A DNA stretch of 64,000 nt from an uncultured delta proteobacterium (GTDB taxonomy: Bacteria > Desulfobacterota > Desulfomonilia > Desulfomonilales > Desulfomonilaceae): positions 288,001-352,000 of the forward strand of contig CAWBKB010000003.1 in NCBI GenBank assembly GCA_963789265.1, in the 5' to 3' direction. A model generated the notes under the pieces. It searched no databases, was not told the DNA's origin, and saw nothing but the letters and a program-made list of their open reading frames with translations. The position numbers and the translations under genes were made by a program. Numbering within the stretch: the stretch's first letter is position 1; each line of letters begins with the position of its first letter. Positions 20,664 through 30,461 of this stretch are shown here, piece by piece.

Positions 20664-21957
20664 ATGAAGATCCTTATCGTGGGATCCGGGGGGCGGGAAC
20701 ATACTCTCGCCTGGAAGGTGGCCCAATCGGATCTGGTCAAGGAAGTCATCGTAGCCCCAGGCAACGGGGGTATCGAACGAGAACCCAAATGCAGGCTGGC
20801 TGAAGTGTCTTCGGGAGACGTCCCCGGACTCCTTCGGCTGGCTCGGCAAGAAAAAGTGGACCTCACCGTCGTGGGGCCTGAAGCCCCTCTCGTAGCGGGA
20901 CTGGCTGATGCCTTCCGTTCCGCGGGGCTCAAGGTTTTCGGACCTTCCAGGCAAGCGGCTCAGTTGGAGGGGAGCAAGGTTTTTACCAAACGCCTTCTGG
21001 CGAAATACGGAATCCCGTCGGCGGATTTTGAGGTCTTTGATAATTTCGAAGCGGCCCGCTCCTACCTGAAACGGTTTTCCGATCGCGTGGTGCTCAAGGC
21101 AGACGGTCTGGCAGCGGGCAAAGGGGTATTCGTCTGCGTCGATGGGCCCGAATCTCAATCGGCTCTTTCGACTATCATGAAGGAAAGGGCCTTTGGTGAT
21201 GCGGGCAATAGAGTAGTCATAGAGGAGTGTCTCGAAGGTGAGGAGGCATCTTTCATCGCCTTCACGGACGGTCGAGAGGTGCTCCCTTTGGCCAGTTCCC
21301 AAGACCACAAGGCCATCTTCGATTGCGATAGGGGACCCAACACCGGAGGAATGGGGGCCTATTCTCCTGCGCCGGTGGTCACGCCTGACATTTATGATCA
21401 AATTATGACCAAAGTTATGATTCCGGTGGTGCGCGCAATGGAGCAGGAAGGGGCTCCTTACGTCGGCTTCCTGTACGCGGGCCTGATGATCAAGGACGGG
21501 GTGGCCAAAGTTCTGGAATTCAATGCGCGTATGGGAGATCCGGAAGCTCAACCGCTGCTCTTCAGGATGGAATCCGACCCGGTGCCCCTTATGATCGCCG
21601 CGTTAGAGGGTGGGCTTGGCTCAATGAGAATTGAGTGGGCCCAAGAAGACGCGATTTGCGTGGTAATGGCCTCGGGGGGTTACCCGGGATCGTATGAAAA
21701 AGGAAAGTTCATTACAGGAATTGAAGAGGCTGATGCAATGGAGGGGATTAAGGTCTTCCATGCCGGAACCGGAAAGACAGACGATGGATTCATCACCGCG
21801 GGTGGACGCGTTTCTCGGAGTGACTGCCAAAGCCCCAGGTATATCCAAGGCAATTGCAAGGGCTTATGAAGCTGTTGGAAAGATCCGCTGGGAGAATGCT
21901 TACTACAGAAAGGACATCGGGAAAAAGGCTATACAGAGATGTGGCGGGCCGGCCTGA
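20664..21957 (+). CDS. purD: Phosphoribosylamine-glycine ligase, frameshift near 21812
   Basis: 'MKILIVGSGGREH', 'LEGSK', 'KADGLAAGKGV', 'GPNTGGMGAYSP'. The C-terminal 'LGVTA..AY..YYRKDIG' lies in a shifted frame. Confidence 0.95.
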
Positions 21958-22119
21958 CATGCGCGAAACGAGCTGAGAAAAAGCCCTTAGAACGCACATG
22001 CCCGAGCCTTTGTGCAAGGAACCCGGACATGCTGGAGAAAACGTGCTCGCCTGTTGTCTTAATTATACTTCATCTGTGTCATGGGTCAACGGGATTTCGG
22101 ACAGGACGCGATGAAGCGA

Positions 22120-22145
22120 AAAAAAAGCCCGTTCGGAAACGGGCA
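22120..22145 (-). terminator. Rho-independent terminator
   Basis: Minus strand gcccgtt-tccg-aacgggc followed by a T run. Confidence 0.7.
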
Positions 22146-22413
22146 AAAGGAAGGATTAGGTTTGGTTTGTCGCTGGACGAGAAACAACCACTTTATGAGG
22201 GAGTTGTCAAGTTTTTTTAAATCAAAATATTATGAAATATTAACCACAATCCCGCATGTCGACACACCATGTTGATATAACAAGCTTTTGTGGTGATTAC
22301 TTTAGCTCCAAATTCCGAAAAAATACGCCTCGCCCGGCGTCCCCATTGGCTCAATTCCTCTCGGATATCACCCGGCCCCCAATTTGCCCCCCCCGTCGCG
22401 GCGCCTCTTAGAA

Positions 22414-22899
22414 CTATTTGGAGGTGCGCTCGCATACCGCTTGGCAATAGGGCGCTTCTTCAGGATCGTTGACGTCGCACACCGGGCATTCGCAAACCTC
22501 TGGCCCGTCGGCAGGTTTTTGGTATTTGGCGCCTTTGTTCTTTGCTCTGTAGTCCTCTATGGCCCTATGCAGAGCATCAGCGCCCAAATTGGAGCAATGG
22601 TGCTTCTTGCTCGGCAGTCCGTCCAGTGCAGAAATAACGGACTTGTTAGTGATCTTCATGGCCTCATCGAGAGTTTTCCCTTTGGCCATCTCGCTTACCA
22701 TGCTGGACACCGCAATCGCAGCCCCGCATCCGAAGGTCTTGAACTTTACATCCTCGAGGACATTGTCCTTGACTTTGATGTAAAATGCCATGATATCGCC
22801 GCATGCGGGATTGCCCACTTCGCCGACTCCATCGGCATCCGGGATTTCGCCCACATTGCGGGGATTCTTGAAATGATCCATAACTATCTCACTGTACAT
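22414..22899 (-). CDS. nifU: Fe-S cluster scaffold NifU/IscU with a Cys-rich tail
   Basis: 'MYSEIVMDHFKNPRNVG', 'GNPACGD', 'FKTFGCGAAIA', 'HCSNL'. Confidence 0.92.
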   Translation of the reverse strand: MYSEIVMDHFKNPRNVGEIPDADGVGEVGNPACGDIMAFYIKVKDNVLEDVKFKTFGCGAAIAVSSMVSEMAKGKTLDEAMKITNKSVISALDGLPSKKHHCSNLGADALHRAIEDYRAKNKGAKYQKPADGPEVCECPVCDVNDPEEAPYCQAVCERTSK

Positions 22900-23129
22900 A
22901 TTCACCCCCTGGGATTATAGACAAGGGCCGATCGTTCGGCACCAGAGCCGACTCTATCCCCACAGACCTTTCAGAGCCGAAAAGAACCAAATCCATTGGC
23001 TCTTCACAGTTTTTCCCATCCCGCGCACTCAGTTTGTAAGATCTCGAAAGCGGGCTCGATTTCAAAAACTCGTGCCCTCTGTAGCAATGCTTATTGTGCT
23101 TTGGCATCTCACCATCTACTTGCGCCCCT

Positions 23130-24320
23130 TTACACTTGACCCCCGGATTTGGTTTTGGTCGTTCTTTTGTAAAGAGGCGACATATCCCGCAGCTTTTGGA
23201 CGATAGGAGGCAACACTTCTACTACTGTGTCCACATCGTCATCCGTATTGTCCTGTCCCAGTGTAAACAGAAGTGATCCCTGCGCAGTAGCGGAATCAAT
23301 TCCCATTGCGAGCATGACATGCGAAACCTTCAAAGATCGAGATATGCAGGCCGAGCCGCTGGCTATCTCTATGCCTTCCATATCCAGGAAGAGCAGCATG
23401 GACTCTCCCTCAACGTACTTCACAGTGAGGCTGGCATTGCCGGGGAGCCGCATGGTCGGATGACCCACCAGGTCCACCTCTTCTATGGTTTCGGTAATCT
23501 CTTTAATCAGCCGGTCTCTCAAGGGGATCAAATGATTCATCCTGGTCTCTAGCTCTTGCGTCGCGATTTCGGCTGCTTTTCCCATGCCTACAATGCCGAG
23601 GACATTCTCCGTGCCCGCTCGAAAACCCCCTTCTTGGATCCCCCCGTCCATCAAAGGTGCGATTTTGATCCCTTTACGAACGTAGAGCGCTCCAATGCCA
23701 AGGGGACCGTAGAAAGGATTTGCCGCCAAAGATAGAAGGTCCGCGTTTAACACTTCCACGTCGACGGGGATGGATCCTACCGTTGCCACTGCATCGGTAT
23801 GGAACGGAATCTTGTGGTCGCGTGCAATTTTTCCAATCTCAGCTACAGGCTGAATAGTGCCCGTCTCGTTATTTGCGTGCATAACGGAAACAAGCACTGT
23901 GCGCGGTGTAATTGCCTTTTCCACATCCGCAGGGTCAATCATTCCGTATTTGTCTACGGGTAGGCGCGTCACTTCAGCTCCCTGGTTTTCAAGTGCTTTT
24001 ACCGCGTGCATGATCGAGAAATGCTCGATGGAAGAGGTTACAATATGGTTACCTCGTGCACGATTCGCTTGAAGCACTCCTTTGAGCGCCCAGTTGTTGG
24101 CCTCAGTCCCCCCGGACGTGAAAAAGACCTCTTGCGGCTTTGCGTTGATCAGCGCCGCTACCTTCTCTCTTGCCTCGTCGATAAAGTCGGTCACGTCGGC
24201 GCCGAGGCTGTGCATGCTGGAAGGGTTGCCGTATTTCTCTTTTAGAAACGGAAGCATCGCGTCCACCACCTCGGATAGTATAGGGGACGCAGCAACGTGG
24301 TCCATATTGATACTTCGCAT
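23130..24320 (-). CDS. nifS: Cysteine desulfurase
   Basis: 'GNPSSMH', 'FTSGGTEANN', 'MHANNETG', 'HTDAV', 'SGSAC'; adjacent to nifU. The usual SxHK PLP-lysine motif reads AANP here. Confidence 0.88.
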   Translation of the reverse strand: MRSINMDHVAASPILSEVVDAMLPFLKEKYGNPSSMHSLGADVTDFIDEAREKVAALINAKPQEVFFTSGGTEANNWALKGVLQANRARGNHIVTSSIEHFSIMHAVKALENQGAEVTRLPVDKYGMIDPADVEKAITPRTVLVSVMHANNETGTIQPVAEIGKIARDHKIPFHTDAVATVGSIPVDVEVLNADLLSLAANPFYGPLGIGALYVRKGIKIAPLMDGGIQEGGFRAGTENVLGIVGMGKAAEIATQELETRMNHLIPLRDRLIKEITETIEEVDLVGHPTMRLPGNASLTVKYVEGESMLLFLDMEGIEIASGSACISRSLKVSHVMLAMGIDSATAQGSLLFTLGQDNTDDDVDTVVEVLPPIVQKLRDMSPLYKRTTKTKSGGQV

Positions 24321-24501
24321 TGGGTCGCCTCCCTGAAGATACCGGAGGATACGGGTTGGAGCCTTACAATTATTGACATAAACATAGCTATCGCGCACTG
24401 AAATGTCAACGACGGCGCCTTGCTTTGCGGCTTGTAGCCACCCCCACAATTGTGATAAGCAACTTATGCGCATGTGCTTTCAGATTGCGAAAGGATCTGA
24501 T

Positions 24502-25077
24502 GTGACGACCAAGAATTGGGGGATATCGAGGCAAGAAGCTCGGGCGCTAATGGAGCAGCACTTGGAAACGGACAGCATGCGAAAGCATTGCCTGGCATCT
24601 GAAGCAATCATGAGGGCTCTGGCGCCAAGATTCGGCGCGGACCCGGACATGTGGGGGCTGGTTGGCCTGCTTCATGACATCGATTACAATGAAACACGCG
24701 ACAACATGCCTCAGCACACTCTCTTGACCGAAAAGATTCTCGTCGAAAAAGGTATGCACAGCGCAATAGTTGAGGCGATCAAGTACCACAATGCGGAAAA
24801 CTTGGGCCTCATCAGAAGTGAGCCCATTCACTTTGCCCTCACTGCGGCCGAGACCATAACCGGGATGCTGGTTGCCGCCAGTTTGGTCACACCAGAAAAG
24901 CAACTGTCTGTCGTGAAAATCAAATCCGTGAAGAAGAGAATGAAGGCCAAGGAGTTCGCCAGATCGGTGAACCGCGATCACATTCGCTTGTGCGAAGAAA
25001 TCGGGATCCCCCTGGATGAGTTCATCGGCCTGAGTCTTGAAGCATTGTGCGGAATAAGCGATCAACTGGGTCTGTGA
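24502..25077 (+). CDS. HDIG-domain metal-dependent hydrolase
   Basis: 'KHCLASEAIMRALA', 'GLLHDID', 'SVKKRMK.K.FAR.VNR'. Confidence 0.85.
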   Translation: MTTKNWGISRQEARALMEQHLETDSMRKHCLASEAIMRALAPRFGADPDMWGLVGLLHDIDYNETRDNMPQHTLLTEKILVEKGMHSAIVEAIKYHNAENLGLIRSEPIHFALTAAETITGMLVAASLVTPEKQLSVVKIKSVKKRMKAKEFARSVNRDHIRLCEEIGIPLDEFIGLSLEALCGISDQLGL

Positions 25078-25101
25078 TTGAACAAGTCCAGTGACTCCAT
25101 T

Positions 25102-26289
25102 TCACTGTATAATTTGGATGGCATCGGCAAAATTGGTCAGCTTGTCCAGGCCTTTTTCGGTCACGACAAATGAATTTTCAATCCCGGCCAGTCCTTCACC
25201 AGGCAAAATAAATTTGGGCTCCAGGGCTATCACCATCCCCTGTTTCAGAACATAGGGTGCTTTCCTTCCGATCACCGGCAGTTCGTCCAATTCAAGTCCA
25301 ATTCCGTGCCCTACAAACGGCACAGCTTGTGGATATCCCATAAAGCCTTCCTTTAATCCCGCCTCCTCTGCCATGTGCATGGCGGTCTCGTAGAGGTCTT
25401 CCGCTCTGGTTCCGGGACTACCTTGTCCCACAAGGGCATCTTGAATAGCCAGAGCGGTTGAATGTATCTTCAGATACTTGTTGGGAGCCTCTCCGATGAA
25501 GAAAGTCCTCGCCTGATCTACCAGATATCCATCCACGACCGCCACGTAGTCTATCTGGATAGGTTCGTTTCTCCGGATAATCTTCGAGCCGGCCCCTTGC
25601 GGCATCGTGGGGTTGAGTCCAGGTCCGCCGGTCGGCCCTATCGAACAACTCGGCACTGCCAAATTATGCCCTGACATGATATGCCCATAGAAGACCTCGT
25701 TATTGAAGCTCCTTATCCTTACGAACCCCTGATGACCTCTCTTCCGATACTGAGCTTCCAAGAGCCCGGCGAATTCAACTTCCGATATCCCTTCCTCGAG
25801 GATTTCTCGTACCTGAGAATATATGGCGTCATTCATGCTAGCGGCCTGTTTCATGATTTGAAGCTCGTACTGGGATTTGACCATGCGGGTCTCTTTTATC
25901 AAAGGTGAGATGTCGGCGATGACGGCATGAGGAAAGAGTTCCGAATAGAGCCGATAATTGTTGACAGGCAGCACGTCCAACTCCATCCCCAGAGTGATCA
26001 TACCGCGAGCGCATGCAGAATCGACGGCCTTCTTCAGGTCTGAAAGGCTCTTCACTGGCGATATGGATTCGAGAGGTGATTCCTGTACGGCCCTTTCAAA
26101 ATCCTTCCGCACCAAAAGCAGAGGGGAGCCGTCAACCGGCACGAAGAGATGAGCGTCCTGGCCGGTTCCGGAAAAATAGGAGAGGTCCACCCGTTGAACG
26201 ATTAAGGCAGCGTCAAAGCCGTTCTCTGCCATTGCAGACTGAAGCACGGTGATACGCCGCTGGATTTCTTCTGAAGGTGTTGAGGGCAT
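25102..26289 (-). CDS. Xaa-Pro peptidase (M24) family
   Basis: 'RMVKS..E', 'DQARTF', 'GHGIGLELDELP', 'ALEPK', 'GIEN'. Confidence 0.9.
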   Translation of the reverse strand: MPSTPSEEIQRRITVLQSAMAENGFDAALIVQRVDLSYFSGTGQDAHLFVPVDGSPLLLVRKDFERAVQESPLESISPVKSLSDLKKAVDSACARGMITLGMELDVLPVNNYRLYSELFPHAVIADISPLIKETRMVKSQYELQIMKQAASMNDAIYSQVREILEEGISEVEFAGLLEAQYRKRGHQGFVRIRSFNNEVFYGHIMSGHNLAVPSCSIGPTGGPGLNPTMPQGAGSKIIRRNEPIQIDYVAVVDGYLVDQARTFFIGEAPNKYLKIHSTALAIQDALVGQGSPGTRAEDLYETAMHMAEEAGLKEGFMGYPQAVPFVGHGIGLELDELPVIGRKAPYVLKQGMVIALEPKFILPGEGLAGIENSFVVTEKGLDKLTNFADAIQIIQ

Positions 26290-26575
26290 GAGCGATTATA
26301 ACAGGTCTTGAAAGTTATCACGGAATGATTTGCGGGTGCCACTGCTGGCTTGCCCTGCAGTGGCACCCAAAACACAACCTTTTTTTGTTAAATTCCAGCC
26401 CAAAAAAAACAGAACTCTTGAGATCGGTCCCACGTAGTAGTCGTCGGTGGATGCAAAGCTGTGCAGACAGATCATGAATCTCGAAATTCGTTTGAGAGCC
26501 TTTGCTGACATTTCTCCAAGGAGGTTTTGCGCGGTCTCGGTTGTGGAAAAAAATGCTGTATCTATTCCATCGGCC

Positions 26576-27601
26576 TCATTTCTGAGGTTCGATGACGACT
26601 TTCATGGATTCCGCGGCCTTCACCACCAGGGAGAAGCCCTCGCCCGTCTTTTCCAGCGGCAAACGATGGGTGATCATTCCGGTGACATTCAGCCTGCCCG
26701 ATGAGATAAGCTCGATCGCCATGTTTATGTTCCGTGGGCTCCCGGCGTACGAGGAGGTCATGCTGATCTCCTTTCGCCAGAGTTCGTTGAACGGCATCTC
26801 AACCTGGGCCCCAGGGTCTGAAGGAGCAAAGAAGAGTATGCTGCCTCCCCGATCTACTGCCTGAAACGCCTGCTTGAGTGCCGAAACGGCGCCGGTCGAG
26901 ACTATGACCAACTCGGCAAGCCGACCGTCATTGCTCTCTTTTAGGCGGTCCATGAAATTCTCGCCAGGCATCAGGACTGCATCTGCTCCGAATTTTCGGG
27001 CAGCATCCAGTCGGGAGGTGTTGATATCTACAGCAATAACCCGGGCAGCGCCTGCGGTTCGGGCGAGTTGGATGTGCAACAATCCGGCTATCCCGCTGCC
27101 GATCACAAGGACCCTTCTCCCCGGGATCCATCCGGCATGCTCTTGCCCCCTGACCACGCAGGCAAGGGGCTCGATAAAGACCCCCTCATCGTAAGACATA
27201 GAATCGGGCAAACGGTACATCCCGTTACGAACATTTATTGCCGGTACCCTTACGTACTCAGCAAATCCCCCCGGATCAAAATTGGTCGCCGAAAGCGTAT
27301 CGCAAACCGAATGATGACCGGCCAGACAGTACCTGCACATATTGCACGGGACGTGATGGGAAACAAAGACGTGATCGCCTTTGTTCCATGCGCGGACATT
27401 AGACCCGATTTCTGCTATTTCTCCGCAGATCTCGTGTCCGAGTACGAGAGGTGCCTTGGGCAGACGATACCACTCCAGCACGTCGCTACCACAAACGCCA
27501 CTTGCCCAAACCTTGACAAGGAGTTCATCCGGACCGATGCGAGGGACTGTGATCTCTTCTATCCTGACATCCCTGTTGTTGTAGTACATGGCCACGCGCA
27601 T
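26576..27601 (-). CDS. Zinc-dependent alcohol/sugar dehydrogenase
   Basis: 'GVCGSD', 'GHE', 'CNMCRYC..G...VC', 'GSGIAG'. Confidence 0.9.
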   Translation of the reverse strand: MRVAMYYNNRDVRIEEITVPRIGPDELLVKVWASGVCGSDVLEWYRLPKAPLVLGHEICGEIAEIGSNVRAWNKGDHVFVSHHVPCNMCRYCLAGHHSVCDTLSATNFDPGGFAEYVRVPAINVRNGMYRLPDSMSYDEGVFIEPLACVVRGQEHAGWIPGRRVLVIGSGIAGLLHIQLARTAGAARVIAVDINTSRLDAARKFGADAVLMPGENFMDRLKESNDGRLAELVIVSTGAVSALKQAFQAVDRGGSILFFAPSDPGAQVEMPFNELWRKEISMTSSYAGSPRNINMAIELISSGRLNVTGMITHRLPLEKTGEGFSLVVKAAESMKVVIEPQK

Positions 27602-27721
27602 ACATGCCGCTCCAAAATGCTTGCCCCCACAAGTTGCAAATGTTTCACGACGAGAAGAACCCACTTCTACAGGTCCGGGCAGAGGCCGAGATCGTGTACC
27701 GGAAGATCCACCTATGGCCCG

Positions 27722-28606
27722 TCAGCATCGAGCCGCCTTCTTTTCATCCTCATAGATTTTCAAGGCCGTCTCAGGCTTCTCATCGTAGTGGACTATCGCG
27801 CGCACCGCTTTTATCATTCCCACAGGGCAATCGGACTGAAAAATGTTGCGTCCCATGTCCACCCCGACCGCGCCCTGAGAAACTGCGTTGTGAGCCATGG
27901 TGAGAGCTTCAAGCTCGGGAAGTTTCTTGCCGCCTGCCATAACAATGGGGACCGGGCAGGTGGTTGTGACCCGCTCGAAATTCTCGCAAAAATAGGTCTT
28001 TACAATGTTGGCCCCCATTTCCCCTGCCATTCTGGAAGCAAGAGACAGATAGCGTGCGTCTCGTGCCATTTCCCGACCGACAGCCGTTACGGCCAGAACG
28101 GGGATCCCGGCAGAATACCCTTCGTCGATAAGATCGGAAAACGCTACGAGCGTCTGGTGCTCATGGGGGGCCCCGATGTAAATTGACAGGGCCATTCCGG
28201 ACACATTCAGGCGGATGCAGTCATCCAGGGACACATTGCATGTCTCGTTGGATAGTTCGCTGAGCACACTGTTTCCGCCTGAAACCCGCAACACGATGGG
28301 GACCTGGCTGCCGGGCGGAACTGAGGTGCGCAGTATGCCCCGTGTGAGCATCAAACAATCCGCGTACGGAATCAGCGGCGCCAGGGTCTGCTCCATGACT
28401 TCAAGTCCCGAAGTCGGGCCTTGAAAGTATCCGTGATCCACTGCCAACATGACCGTGCGGCCCGTATCAGCCTTTATGATCCGGGAAAGTCGGTTTTTCA
28501 TTCCCCAATCCAAGTGGGAACAACCTTTCAAATGAAACCCAACCGAGCTTCCAGCGACCGGTGCTCTCACATCTCGAGCATCCAAGAATCCTTCAACATC
28601 CGCCAT
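27722..28606 (-). CDS. lsrF: LsrF-like class I aldolase/thiolase
   Basis: 'LDWGMKNRLSRI', 'MLAVDHGYFQGPTSGLE', 'AGGKKLPE', 'GVDMGRNIFQS'. Confidence 0.88.
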   Translation of the reverse strand: MADVEGFLDARDVRAPVAGSSVGFHLKGCSHLDWGMKNRLSRIIKADTGRTVMLAVDHGYFQGPTSGLEVMEQTLAPLIPYADCLMLTRGILRTSVPPGSQVPIVLRVSGGNSVLSELSNETCNVSLDDCIRLNVSGMALSIYIGAPHEHQTLVAFSDLIDEGYSAGIPVLAVTAVGREMARDARYLSLASRMAGEMGANIVKTYFCENFERVTTTCPVPIVMAGGKKLPELEALTMAHNAVSQGAVGVDMGRNIFQSDCPVGMIKAVRAIVHYDEKPETALKIYEDEKKAARC

Positions 28607-28711
28607 GGCTGGTTTACCTCTTTGTTGAATAATGGGAAGCGAAAATGTAACAAAGGCATCATGTGGTGTCAACTTTGGACGCGAAAAGGACCGTTTGCCT
28701 GCGCCAAAGGA

Positions 28712-29440
28712 TCAAAAACGATGAATGACCGAGGCCAGGCCCTGTATCATATCTGTTCCCGAATTGGAATTGTGAAGCTCGTCCCCTTTACCCCACATAT
28801 TCCCATTGCATAGGTGTCTCCACTGCACCCCCATAGAAAAGACACCGTTACCCGGCAAACACCGCTCAAACCCGAATCCCCCGAGAAAAGACCAGTTCCA
28901 TCGGGAACCCGAATTGCGGAAAGTCTCTGACACGTAGCTGAGGCCCGCACCGCTTTCAAGGTACGGTACCACGCCGAGCGAGCAGATAGGAAAAGTGAAG
29001 CGGCCCTTGGGGCGCCATGCCAATTCGTATCCGTCATGAAAATCGAGTCTTTTTACCCGTTCGATAGCACCCTCATAATAGACGACATACGACGCAAGCA
29101 GCGCTACTTGGACTTCGGCCATCGCAGGGCCCCAAATGGTGTCCGCAGGATAACGGCTTACATCCTTGCTGAATTCGAGGGTGGCATAGTCGAGTTGGGT
29201 GGAGGTCCCGTAAGTGCGACCGTATGCAAACTTTAAGCCGAAATCCTTGGGCGGCCGGCAGTCTGGGGCCCGAGGGAGAAGACAAGCTTGCATGCAGTTG
29301 AGTTGAGTAGGGTTTTGAGCAGGTCCAAGGGAGCTCATGTACGGCAAGTTGCCATCCCAGCTTAGGGCCGATGAGTACCACATGATGAACGTCGCCGAAA
29401 CAATGACGCCGAAAACCACGCGACAGCGCGAAACCACCAT
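28712..29440 (-). CDS. Outer-membrane beta-barrel, PagL/acyloxyacyl hydrolase-like
   Basis: Signal peptide; 'PYLESGAGLSY', 'WNWSFLGGFG', 'WRHLCNG..NSG.D'; C-terminal Phe. Confidence 0.6.
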   Translation of the reverse strand: MVVSRCRVVFGVIVSATFIMWYSSALSWDGNLPYMSSLGPAQNPTQLNCMQACLLPRAPDCRPPKDFGLKFAYGRTYGTSTQLDYATLEFSKDVSRYPADTIWGPAMAEVQVALLASYVVYYEGAIERVKRLDFHDGYELAWRPKGRFTFPICSLGVVPYLESGAGLSYVSETFRNSGSRWNWSFLGGFGFERCLPGNGVFSMGVQWRHLCNGNMWGKGDELHNSNSGTDMIQGLASVIHRF

Positions 29441-29654
29441 ATCCTCCTTGGCACGGAACAACAAAAAACCAAAAACCAACAGTGGACCGCTCGGTAACAC
29501 GAACTTCGCGCGCTGTCAAGTAAGAAAAAGCTATAAGTATATGACAATATAGTGGCTCGCGGGAGGGCGTAAGCAGCACTTGAGTATGTGCTTGTAAATG
29601 AGCTCAATTAAGTGTGGGCGGGAATTGAAATGGACCTGGATGGTTCGCCCAAAT

Positions 29655-30461
29655 TTAGTGCTTCGGAATTCTCTTTTCCAGATCGACGATTTCTTCTTTG
29701 AGACGCCTGCGCGCTGTTTGGTCGTCTTCGAGTTTCAATGCCATGCGATACCACCTCACCGCCTTCTCAGGCTCCTTCTTTTGTCGGTAAATGAAACCTA
29801 AATGCTTGATGGCCGTGAGATGGTTCGGGTCTTGAGCTATTACCACGGACAGATCTTTGATAGCGTCGTCATACCTGCCTAATTGCTCAAAGATGTAAGC
29901 GCGATTGCCCAGGGCCCTTATCGCCCGAGGCTTGAGCTGGATGATTCTGCCGAGATCAACTAAGGCCTTTTCGTGCTCGCCTGTGTCAAAAAATACTGCC
30001 GCCCTATTGGTAAGTGCGTCGGTATTGTCCGGGTTCAGACTGACCGCCTTGCTCAAATCCTTAATGGCCTTTGAAAAATCTCCCCGTAATCTATGAATGG
30101 TTCCTCGGACGACATACGCGTCCACGCACTCTGGATCGAGCTTGATTGCTTTGTCCAGATCCCGAAGGGCACGGTCCAGGTGACCCTGCAGAAGGAAGAC
30201 CTTGCCGCGATTGAGCAGCGCTTTGACATTTTTCCCGTGGGATGCTTTCAGACTCGCATCGAACAGTTCGACGGCTTTACTCACATTTCCAGCGTTAGCC
30301 TTAAGGATCCCCTGGTGCGCCAACTCCAGGGCCTGCTCGCTCGAGAGCGGGTGCGATTCCTTAGCCCACAGGTGGGATCCCATCACCGCAAGTAGGCAAA
30401 CGATTGCAAACGGGCTTATGATGCTGAAGCCTTTTGGTTTCATAACCTTTGATGCTTTCAC
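29655..30461 (-). CDS. Exported tetratricopeptide repeat protein
   Basis: Repeated 'A...RG....G....A..D...A..L.P' TPR units. Confidence 0.9.
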   Translation of the reverse strand: MKASKVMKPKGFSIISPFAIVCLLAVMGSHLWAKESHPLSSEQALELAHQGILKANAGNVSKAVELFDASLKASHGKNVKALLNRGKVFLLQGHLDRALRDLDKAIKLDPECVDAYVVRGTIHRLRGDFSKAIKDLSKAVSLNPDNTDALTNRAAVFFDTGEHEKALVDLGRIIQLKPRAIRALGNRAYIFEQLGRYDDAIKDLSVVIAQDPNHLTAIKHLGFIYRQKKEPEKAVRWYRMALKLEDDQTARRRLKEEIVDLEKRIPKH

